Assembly: GCF_018350175.1 (NCBI RefSeq)
Contig: NC_058368.1
Span: 75,890,001-75,954,000, forward strand
Direction: 5' to 3'
Length of the DNA: 64,000 nucleotides
DNA from: Felis catus
Taxonomy: Eukaryota
Each line of letters opens with the position of its first letter. The stretch's first letter is position 1. The position numbers and the translations under genes were made by a program. Below are positions 12,751 to 22,716 of this stretch, piece after piece. The notes beneath the pieces were generated by a model that did no database searches, was not told the DNA's origin, and saw only the letters and a program-made list of their open reading frames with translations.

Positions 12751-12829
12751 GAGAGAGAGAGTAAAGTCTTAATTGAAACAGGAGGAACGTAGACCTTGGG
12801 TTCCTTAGTTTCTTATCACACGCTTCCTA

Positions 12830-12995
12830 GTCGTTGTTCTTAAATTGTATTTTTTCCAAGAATTTCTTGGAAACTTTGCTAAATTTGTAGACTGCCAGGC
12901 CCTACACCTGCAGTACATCTGGATCATCTGTAAAGTATCTGTCTTTATCAAGCACCCTGAGTGATTCTGACGCTGGATCACACTTGGAGAACAAA
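12830..12995. mobile_element. MER5-like hAT-Charlie fossil
   Basis: gttcttaaattg...aaatttgtagactgccaggccctacacc...caagcaccctgagtgattctga...cacacttggagaac. Confidence 0.55.
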
Positions 12996-13289
12996 GCTAC
13001 AGAGAAATAGGAAAGTAAGTAGAAAATAAGCTATATATACACAAAGATACTATGGAAGAGGAAAAGTACAAAGTTCAGACAGTCTGCTCTAGTCCTGTTT
13101 GGTTTGTTTGTTTTGATATAAAATAATTAAGACAGTTTTCCAGATTCTTTTCTTTTCCTTTCCCCTAAAACTCAAACTCTGCCCAGCTACAACATCTGAT
13201 TCCATTCTTCTCTTGCCCCTTAGAGAAGCCTTTAAATTTTTTCTTTAGGTAACAGTATCCATTTGCCTAAATAATGCTTTTTAAAAATA

Positions 13290-13408
13290 TACATTTATTT
13301 ATTTATTTATTTATATACATTATACATATATCATATATATTATATATATCATATATATATCATAACATATATATATATCATATATATATCATAACATATA
13401 TATATATG
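13290..13408. repeat. AT-rich low-complexity/(TA)n-like repeat
   Basis: (ATTT)n followed by repeated tcatatatatatcataacatatata units. Confidence 0.85.
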
Positions 13409-14060
13409 TTAGACATAGTGGAATGTAAGTGAAATTCAAATAATTTCATTTTACCTTTTAGACTTGTATACAAGAGATTAAGCTAAAATCAGTTGCAAGA
13501 CATGATTTTTAAAACTACTTCTGAAATCCAAGGATTTCAGATTTTTTTCTTTTATTAACCACTGATAATTTAGTGTTGACTTACCGTGTTTTATCTGAGA
13601 CTCTTTTAATTTGTCATTTACGATATTCCTGAGGCCCTTTCGTTTGACACAGGAAAGGATACCGAGGAGCTAGAAAATGGAAAAGTCTCTCAGTAAAATT
13701 ATATTTATAGGCATAGCAACAGAACTATTACAGAGCAATTCCACAGTGATTTTTCAGTCATACTGATGAGCTATAATCTGTCTACAAAGTTGTAGAGGCT
13801 ATAGTTTACTGGTTTGAAGCCAAGCTAAATTTAGACAAGTTCTGCAAGAGGTTATTTCCACTAATTTTCAATCTAGAGCTCTAATCAGAGCTACCTAATC
13901 TTTGGACTACAGGAAAGCTACTTAAATAAATTCCTATATCTCCAAAAGGAAGCTAAATTCTTTAATTTTCTTACCAAAGTTTCCTTTGGGAAATGACGTT
14001 AGGCAACAGCAGGTACAATCCTGTGAAAATCATTGATATGTTAGAAATGTATTTGCCAAT

Positions 14061-14284
14061 GGGGCGCCTGGGTGGCTCAGTCGGTTAAGCGTTCGACTTC
14101 AGCTCAGGTCACCATCTGGCAGCCCGTGAGTTCGAGCCCCGCATCGGGCTCTGGGCTGATGGCTCAGAGCCTGGAGCCTGCTTCCGATTCTGTGTCTTCC
14201 TCTCTCTCTGCACCCCCCCCCCCGGTTCATGCTCTGTCTCTCTCTGTCTCAAAAATAAATAAAAAACGTTAAAAAAATTTAAAA
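14061..14284 (+). mobile_element. Can-SINE
   Basis: Full head, body and tail; aaatgtatttg on both flanks. Confidence 0.95.
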
Positions 14285-14678
14285 AAATGTATTTGTCGAG
14301 AGAGTTCAATTTAGGCTTCTCAATTCTGGAACACATAGTCTAAATTTAAGATGTTCATATTTAATTTACCTTTAATGAGTAGTTCTATAACTTCTTTAAT
14401 TTACTATAAGTAATAAAACTTATTTATCATACTGAATGCATTTCTCATAGCCAAATACTTGATGTCTGTATCTTTGATTTGGTCACAAAGATATCAGAGA
14501 GGTTATGATGTTTCACAAAAGCACCTACAAAAATACACAGTCAAAGGCTCTTATAGGAAGAAGTACTTGTTTCAGTTTGCTAGAATCTTTCCAAACAGGT
14601 ATGGTCAGAACACTCCTCACTACTAGAAAAATTACAAATACAGGTATGCGTATTTTAGGAATATGACCATTCATTGCT

Positions 14679-15031
14679 CTTAAATTAATTAAACAAAGAG
14701 TCATTAGACTCAGGTGGCTCCAATGCTCTAATAGCTATGTCGGCAAACCCACACCTAAGCCTGCAATGCCTCCAGATTAAGAAACCAAAACCTAAGAACA
14801 GCCCATCACAAACAGCCAATTGGGCTTTCCCAAATAAGGCAACCACTTAAGCTATAACCAATCAAATAACGCCCTTCCTTTGTTTCTGCCCCTTCTTTCA
14901 AAAAGGCTCTCCTGGCTCTTGGTGGAGGTGTGCTCCTAACCACTTCTGGGTTAGTCCTGCTTGATTGGAATCAATTTTTGCTCAAGTAGGCTCTTAAAAT
15001 GTTTACATATGCCTCGGTTCCTCTTTCAACA
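14679..15031 (+). mobile_element. ERV1-class solo LTR (MER57/MER4-group-like)
   Basis: caaataaggcaacc...agctataaccaatcaaata (CCAAT), gaatcaatttttgctcaa...ctcttaaaat...tctttcaaca terminus. Confidence 0.65.
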
Positions 15032-15683
15032 GTTTGCAGGTGTGGTCACCTTTCAGGCATCGGCATTGTCTGGGGACAATGGGAATCAATTAATAAATAA
15101 ATGACAATGTTCTAGCCATTTGAATTCTGTAAAATTAAATTAAATACTTCCACACAGAATCCTAGCCAATTATTTCACAGTTACATGAGTCATTTTGAGA
15201 GTCTGGGGATCGGATACCTAAAGTCAGTAACCACATAAGCAAATACGACGTAATGAAATCTGATCCGCATAAATTGATAACAATTGTATGACACAAATCA
15301 GCTCCGAGATAATATTCCAGAATCTGTAAAGCTCACATCGCAATGATTCTTTTCAGCTGGGAATCGGGAGTGGGGGAGGGGGGCTAGGAAATGAAGTTGG
15401 AGAAATGCCAGCGTCAAAACTTTTCTGAGAAACACAAAACAGTTGAAAGCGCATCCTTTTACAAGCGTCTTCAAGGCTTTGAAAATGTCATCCCCCTGCT
15501 GGAAATCTCATGACTTTTAAAAGGTAAAACTCCGGATAAATCTAAAATTAAGCAGAAGATAGTATTTCCCTTCGCGAACACTCACCTCATTTTTTTTCTG
15601 GACAATTCCAATGTGATTCTAAGGGGCAATTTGCGCTGTCAGTTTAAGAGCATTTCTCAGATATTTGCGAAGCATTTTCTGGA

Positions 15684-15800
15684 AGGAGACACTGAGGCAA
15701 AGAAGTTAAGCTGCCTACCCATCGCTAGATAAGAAAGCAGAAGTTGAGTCAACCTCAGAAACCAGATACCCAGACTCCTGGGCCTTACTTCTTAAGCCTC
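15684..15800 (-). mobile_element. MIR fragment
   Basis: ggagacactgaggcaaagaagttaag MIR core motif. Confidence 0.55.
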
Positions 15801-18076
15801 ACTCCCATTTAGTTTATCCACTGTGGCTTTTGCCATGACAAAAAAGTAATTGGATCCTTGAATGCAGAGCTTTGGAGGGTACTATCAGCATTACACATTA
15901 TCTTCCATTTGAAATCTCACAAAGCTTTATTAAACTGTTCAGAAAGGAAGTGTTATTGTTCCCATGTACCCCTCTCTCTCCCCAAAAGATATCTCAAGTG
16001 GATTTATCAGGTGGTTAAATGGGAGTGCTAAAGAGGTTAGATTTAATTCAGGGGGAGATATTTCCCTTATGAACAGAAGGGCTTTTGTGATGGTGGTGCT
16101 AAAATGGTCCCCTTGTCAAAGGACTTAGGTCCTATGAGGTCGTCCAAACAAATTCAGCAAAAGAGAGGAAATTGACCACAGAAACCGTATTTGGTACATT
16201 TGAGAACGAGAAAGTAAATTTTCATTCCATGGCACGCTCTAATGCGGGAAGGTTAAAGTGCCTCAGATAGACCAACAACTAGATTATATTAATCAAAAGC
16301 TGCACTTGCGGAAGCAAAGTAAAGGGAAGAATTGGTTTAGAAATTAGCTGGGTAATGTAGGCTGAAAAATACTGCTTCACGTACCTTTAGGACATGAAAT
16401 CCAAATGTTTTCCTTCTGAAAAAGTTAAATATGTAGATACTATCTATTATGTTTAAGACTGAAGGTAGGATGTCAGTTTGTTTTTGTTGGAATTTCTACT
16501 TATAAAATTTGAATGGAAAAGTACCTATACAGTGGCTTAAATTACTCACATTTATTTTGTGTATTTGCTATAAGGAAAAACTAAGAACTCTGAACTAATC
16601 TTTTAGAAACACACACATGTATATACATACACATTTTATTAAGTCAACTCTAAGTAATAATCAGTGGACATCCTTAATCTTATGCCAACTCGCTAAAATC
16701 TTATCTCAATAATTCTCCCCATTGATGCAAGCTAGTATTAATTTTTTCAGGCTGTTCCATTTCAGGCCCATTGACAGCAACCGACAAGACAAGAAAAAAT
16801 ATTCTTATCTGAACCTTGAACTTATCAAAACTCACTTGTCTAGAAATTAGCCTGGGAATATCCAGGCACTGGAATTTCTCACTTTCTTCCCCGTTCCCAG
16901 CATTAAATACTGAAAGGATAAAGACATTTCCAAATGTCTGTGTTCTGCATTTGCAGACCAAATTTAAACCTTTGTGAGAGGATCATAATTAGCTTGCTTA
17001 ATGATTCCACTGCTACCGATCTTTTCAATATTCATAGTAACTTTCATCGTGGTATTTTAACAAAAGTAAAAATGATGCCTTCCTCTCCACCAAAAATTCA
17101 CTTGTCCCAAAAATGCAGGTTTTTTTTTTTTTAAGTTACATATGAAGTACAAAAACAGGGAGGTCATGAGGCCTAATTCTCCCTTGTGTGATTAATGATG
17201 TGGGTGTAGAAAAGGAAGTGGGTGTAAAAAAAAGAAGCCTTCCTTTTTTCCCTTCTGAATCTGGCAAATGGCTGTAGAGGGACCATGAACTTCCCCGCCA
17301 GCTTCTCAGTTACTCCCAGTTTTCTTACTCTCAACTCCTTTTATTCATCTATACCATCTGGGGGGCCCAAAGACACCGGAGTCACCGAAGACACCGGGGG
17401 CCCAAAGACACATTTAGCCATCACTGTCTCAGTACCTCTAGGTGCCCGATGCCCTGATCTCATTGCACCGCTCCAATATTCCAACCTGCCAGGTAAGCAC
17501 CTCTGAATGTCTTCCTATCCCTCCACGGCTTATGATTTTCTCTACAAATTCTTCCGAGAAGCCATCAGCAACGTTCTGATGAAATCTGTTAGTACTTTCA
17601 AGTCAGGCCAAGAACTCCACTGTCCTTCTTTCCTGTTTTCTACCTGCCCCGGTGCTCCTTTCTAACCCCAGCCCTTCGCCCCAGCCGGTCAGGTGCATTT
17701 TGGACAAAGTAGACATTTACATCAGAAGCTCAAACCCCCAACTGATGGGACTTTAAAACCACATTCCTCCCAGACCTGGGATCTAGCAGGTGTTCATCTT
17801 GTGCCTCGTATTCCTCCAAGGTCATTGTGGCCCATCAAAACTAAGATGCTCCATCAAGTATAATTTCTTCCATTTTCCTAAATGATAATTCCTCCAGTCC
17901 AGATAGATAAGCAATTTACTTCTGGGTTGCATATTTAAAGTACTTTGATTATACAAATAATTCTACTCAAGTGAAGATAAAAATAAAAATGTTAAAAAGG
18001 TTCGCATAAAAATGAACTAATATAGCTATAAAAATCCTAAAAATGTACTCATTGAGCATATAAAAGAAAATAGACT

Positions 18077-18277
18077 AGGGCACCTGGGTGTCTCACTTGG
18101 TTAAGCGTCCGACTTCGGCTCAGGTCATGATCTCACGGTTCAGGAGTTTGATCCCTGCTTTGGACTCTGTGCTGACAGCTCAGAGCCTGATCCTGCTTCA
18201 GATTCTGTGTCTCCTTCCTTCTCTGCCCTTACCCTACTCATGCTCGCTCTCTCTCTCTGTCTCTCTCTCTCTCTCAA
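18077..18277 (+). mobile_element. Can-SINE (outer element of a nested pair; its tail resumes at 18531-18542)
   Basis: Outer TSD aagaa(a/g)atagact at 18064-18076 and 18543-18555. Confidence 0.92.
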
Positions 18278-18292
18278 AAATAAATAACAGCA

Positions 18293-18515
18293 GGGGCGCC
18301 TGGGTGGCTCAGTCAGTTAAGCAGCCAACCTCGGCTCAGGTCATGATCCCTCGGTCCATGAGTTTGAGCCCCGCGTCAGGCTCTGTGCTGACAGCTCAGA
18401 GCCTGGAGCCTGTTTCAGATTCTGTGTCTCCCTCTCTCTGACCCTCCCCTGTTCATGCTCTCTCTCTCTCCCTGTTTCAAAAATAAATAAAACGTTAAAA
18501 AAATTTTTTTTAAAT
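18293..18515 (+). mobile_element. Can-SINE inserted in the tail of the preceding SINE
   Basis: TSD aaataaataacagca at 18278-18292 and 18516-18530. Confidence 0.95.
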
Positions 18516-19389
18516 AAATAAATAACAGCAAACATTTTTTTCAAGAAGATAGACTGTTTTTAAAAGAAGTTTCATAAATATTTTAATAACAAATGAAATT
18601 TGACAGAGAACCAATTTTTGAGATAAATACATGGCAATATCAGAACAGTTTTAATTTGTAAAATAGGCAGGTGGATCTTAAAACAATAGAGAACTATGAA
18701 AACCATTTCCAGAATGAATCATTCTGTGCCTTGGATATTAGTGCCTTTGCCTGTCAAATTTCATTAAAAATCGATTTAACTGCTTCTATTTCAGCCTTTG
18801 CCCCAAACTGAAATAGAATCTATAACTCACAATAATTTTCACAAGAACTCTACAGTTCAGTATTATTTAATAGTCTATAATGTTAGTTCATACCACGAAA
18901 CGCATTTGGTTTTGTGGTCACTTCTGACCAATTAAGCCAAACACAGCTGATGAAAAGCTCAGCTCGAAGTTGAACTATCTCAGAACCACATCGAACCAGA
19001 CAGCCGCACTTCTACTTGTAAGGACTTATTTTTTACACAAAAGTATCTTATACAAACGCCTTTTTCAAATAGCTCTTTTCTTCAGATTCAGTAGGGGATC
19101 ACAGTGGGCAGCTTTCATTACAGAATTTCTACCGGGTTTCATTGTTTTGTAGCTTCATCCCGTCCATGGAGGCTTTACTTTGGTATGTGTTCGATAATCA
19201 ATTTGCACTGAGTGCTGTCTCCTGTGTTACTACTGCAACTGAATAAGCATTTTTAAAGGCATTACAGATATTAAAGATTCTCTCTCCAAAACAATTGTTG
19301 AAAAATCACCCAATAAAAAAAAAAAGACACGCAGACCTGATTTAAGCCTAATGTCAATGCTAGGAGTTTTGAAAGAATTAAAATCAATT

Positions 19390-19452
19390 CTTCATCTTTA
19401 TTTTTCAGATGAGGAAACTGAAGTATTGGGGATAAGTATCTTTCCAGCAGAG
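19390..19452 (-). mobile_element. MIR core fragment
   Basis: attttttcagatgaggaaactgaag-type MIR core. Confidence 0.6.
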
Positions 19453-19471
19453 CAGGCAAACCTGATCACAT

Positions 19472-19514
19472 TTTTCTTCTTCTTTTTTTTTTTTAAATAA
19501 TGTTTTTATTTATT

Positions 19515-19549
<35 letters not shown>

Positions 19550-19726
19550 CAGAGCATGAGCAGGGGAGGAGCAGACAGAGGGAGACACAGAATCTGAAGA
19601 AGGCTCCGGGCTCCAGGCTCCAAGCTGTCAGCACAGAGCCCGACCCGGGGCTTGAACTCACAAACTGTGAGATCATGACCTGAGCCAAAGTCAGACGCTC
19701 AACTGACTGAGCCACCCAGGCACCCC
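19472..19726 (-). mobile_element. Can-SINE
   Basis: Poly-T, (GA)n, ...gagccacccaggcacccc. Confidence 0.95.
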
Positions 19727-20280
19727 TAGAGTTGCTCTTCTTAAAACTTGCAGTGGCTCCTTATTATTTTATGGATGAAGTTGGGGATTTTCAATATGGT
19801 CTTCTATTATTTCCTCTAAATATTTTATAGTTTAAGATCTTATATTTAGGTTTATGATCTACCTTAATTTACAGTTATTGATATAGAGAGGTGTAGATAT
19901 GGATGAATACTCAATTATTTTGTGACAAATACTCAAATTGTTCCAGCACCATTTGTTGAAAGGATGACACCTTCCAACCAAATTCTCTTTACCTCTTGAT
20001 CTAAAATCAGTTGTGCATATATGCATGAGTCTGTTTTTGGACTCCTTATTTTAGTCCCTTGATCTATTTTTCTATCTTAATGCCAATTCCTAACTGTCTT
20101 AAAATTATTCTTTGCCCTTCTTTTAAGAAAATTATTCTTTGCCCTTCTTTTAAGAAAATTATTCTGACTATAATACGTGCTTTGTATTTCTGCAGCATTT
20201 TAAATTCAGCTTGTCAATTTCTACATACAGCTTACTGGGGTTACAAGAAATCTATAGATCAATGTGGGGGTAGTTTTTGT

Positions 20281-20481
20281 GGTTTTTTTAACATTTATTT
20301 ATTTTTGAGAGTGAGATAAAGAGAGAGAGAGAAAGTGAGGTAGGGGCAGAGAGAGAGGGAGACACAGAATCCGAAGCAGGCTGTCAGCACACAGCCTCAA
20401 GTGGGGCTGGAACTCACAAACCATGAGATCATGACCTGAGCCAAAGTCAGATGCTTAACTGACTGAGCCACCCAAGTGCCC
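20281..20481 (-). mobile_element. Can-SINE with a short internal deletion
   Basis: gaatccgaagcaggctgtcagcac lacks the usual ccaggctctgagc; degenerate gtagttttt TSD. Confidence 0.92.
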
Positions 20482-20518
20482 TGGAAGTAGTTTTTATCTT
20501 AAAAATGCTGAATCTTCT

Positions 20519-20727
20519 GGGGTGCCTGAGGGCTCAGGTGATTGACCGCCTGCCTCTTGGTTTCAGCTTATGTCACGATTTCATGGTTCAGTTAGTAAAT
20601 TTGAGCTCTGTGTCAGGCTCTGTACAGAGAGCCCAGAGCCTGCTTAGGATTCTCTCTCATTCTCTCTCTCTCTGCCTCTCTTCCACTCACATATTCTCTC
20701 TCTCAAAACGAATAAATAAATTTAAAA
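20519..20727 (+). mobile_element. Can-SINE, older subfamily
   Basis: ggggtgcctgagggctcagg...ctcttggtttcagct...gagcctgcttaggattctctct. Confidence 0.88.
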
Positions 20728-21239
20728 ACGTATGTGTGTGTATATGTATATATATACATGTATAATCTTCTGACCCTAAAAGTTGTCTCTCTCTGCAATT
20801 TTTTCCGTACTCTAATTTTTCTGTTGTGTTTTATAATTCTAACACAAGTCTATCACATATTTTCTCAGATTTACTCCCAAGGATTTCATATTTGATGCTA
20901 TTATAAATAGTATTTTTTTTCAGAATTGCAGATTGTTCACATTTGTTTAAAAATATAATTGACTTTTGTATACTGAGTTTATATCTTGCAACCTTGCTAA
21001 AATCACATATTAGTTCTAGTAGCTCTTGAAGATTCCATGCTATTAAGCTGTTCATTTAGATCATTATATTGTCCCAAGCTAAACTCAATTTACATCTTCC
21101 TCTCAAACCTCTATGGCTTTTATTTTTCTTACCTTACTGCTCTCGCTGGAATCTTCAGTACCATGTTAAACAGACTTTGGAAGAGCAATCATCTATATCT
21201 TGTTCCTGATCTGAGAAGCAGTTGTAGTATGGCTCAGTT

Positions 21240-21405
21240 TGTTTGCTCACTTTTTTTCTTGACTTTCAAAGATCACTGTCCTTGGTTGCCAGGTGTCCCA
21301 CGTGTTGCAAACCATCGTTTCAAATATTCTGTCAGTTTTCTGTTTGTTCATTATTTCATATGTCAGGGTAAACTGGTCCCTATTCATCCATCTTGGCCAG
21401 AAATA
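21240..21405 (-). mobile_element. Putative extreme 5' end of an ancient L1M
   Basis: gatcactgtccttggttgcc...gtttcaaatattctgtcagttttct...gggtaaactggtccctattcatccatcttggccagaa resembles the recalled L1M 5' terminus. Confidence 0.55.
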
Positions 21406-21892
21406 CTAGTTTGTTTTGGCCTTTTAAATGTTTAACGTTGATATTAGGATTTCTTTCCTGCTGATTAAATATTGTCTTGATGGAGAATGTTATCTACTTT
21501 CAGAGTTCTAATTAGCATTTATATACACATGACTCTCACGTTTATATCTCCAGCCCACATCTCTCATTTTGAATGCCAAAAGGCATTTTTCAGTCACCAA
21601 GTCTACATACAGCTCCACGAGAAAATTTCACAGATGGGTCAAACATGGCATGTCAAAAATGAACCCTTGGTCACCCCACTACTCATTTGATCTATTGAAT
21701 TTCCTGTCTCAACAAATGGCATCATCATCTATTATACATGTCAGAAACTTGGAAGTCAACCGTAACTCTACCCAATCTTTCAAATCCCACTCAATCACCA
21801 AGTCCTGTTGAGTCTACCTCCATAAATATATTTAAAAATCTGTTCATGGTTCCTTTCAACTACCTATCATCTCATTTCCTTGCAAAGCCCTC

Positions 21893-22355
21893 TGTTATGG
21901 GTAAATTATGTGCCCCCCCAAAGATATGTTCAAGTCCTAGCCCCTGATACCTATGAACGTGACCTTATTTGGAATAGGAATTCTGCAGATGTAACTAGTT
22001 AAGATGAGGTCATTTGGTGGGCCCCAATCCAATACGACTGGTGTCCTTGTAGGAAGAGAGAAGATGCCGAGGCAGACACACATGAGGAAGATAATGTGAA
22101 GACACACAAGTAAAACCCTATGTGATGATGGAGACAGATAGGAGTGATACACATATAAGCCAAAGAATGCCAAGGATTTCCCGCAACCCTACAAGTGAAG
22201 AGAAAGTCACAGAATGATTTGCCTCTAGAACCTCCAGAGAGAGCACCACCCTGCTGACACCTTGATTTCAGATTTCTAGACTCTGAACAACATCATGTTG
22301 TGGAAGCCACCCAGTTTGCAGCACCTTGTTATAGCAGCCCAAAGAAACTAATAAA
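21893..22355 (+). mobile_element. MaLR solo LTR (MLT1B/C-like)
   Basis: tgttatgggtaaattatgtgcccccc...gtgaccttatttggaatagg...gttatagcagcccaaagaaactaata; 5-bp c(c/t)ctc flanks. Confidence 0.9.
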
Positions 22356-22523
22356 CTCTCCACCACATCATTTCAACAAAGCCCACTTAGACAGTCTCCT
22401 TACATGTCCCTGGAATTAATCTTAACCTCGGTATATGCCACTCTCCGCACAGAAGTCCAAATGGGCTTTTAAAAAAGCAAATCCGATCACATCATTGCTC
22501 TTCTTAAATCTTGCAGCAGCTTC

Positions 22524-22716
22524 GGGACACCTGCATGCCTCAGTCCGTTGAGCGTCCAACTCTTGATATCGGCTCAGGTTCTGATCTCCCAGTCGTGAGA
22601 TCAAGCCCCGTGTCGTGCCTGGGACACGTTGGAGCCTGCTTGGGATTCTCTCTCTCCCTTTCTCTCTGCCCCTCCCCGTTCTCTCTCTCTCTCCCAAAGT
22701 AAATAAACACTTAAAG
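22524..22716 (+). mobile_element. Can-SINE, older subfamily
   Basis: TSD aaatcttgcagcagcttc at 22506-22523 versus aaaacttgcagtggcttc at 22717-22734. Confidence 0.9.

Larger units (their letters stand above)
19804..21215 (-). mobile_element. Ancient L1M ORF2 fragment (interrupted by two SINEs)
   Basis: ttgttccagcaccatttgttgaaag, atataattgacttttgtatactgagtttatatcttgcaaccttgctaaa, tatcttgttcctgatctgagaa. Confidence 0.88.

Noticed and set aside
14072..14336. Recurrent MAQSV...AQVMIS...SSSPASGS peptides here and at many other loci, resembling a gene family
   Set aside because: All are translations of Can-SINE copies.
15575..15600. Minus-strand donor consensus AG|GTGAGT
   Set aside because: Isolated signal with no convincing partner acceptor or reading frame.
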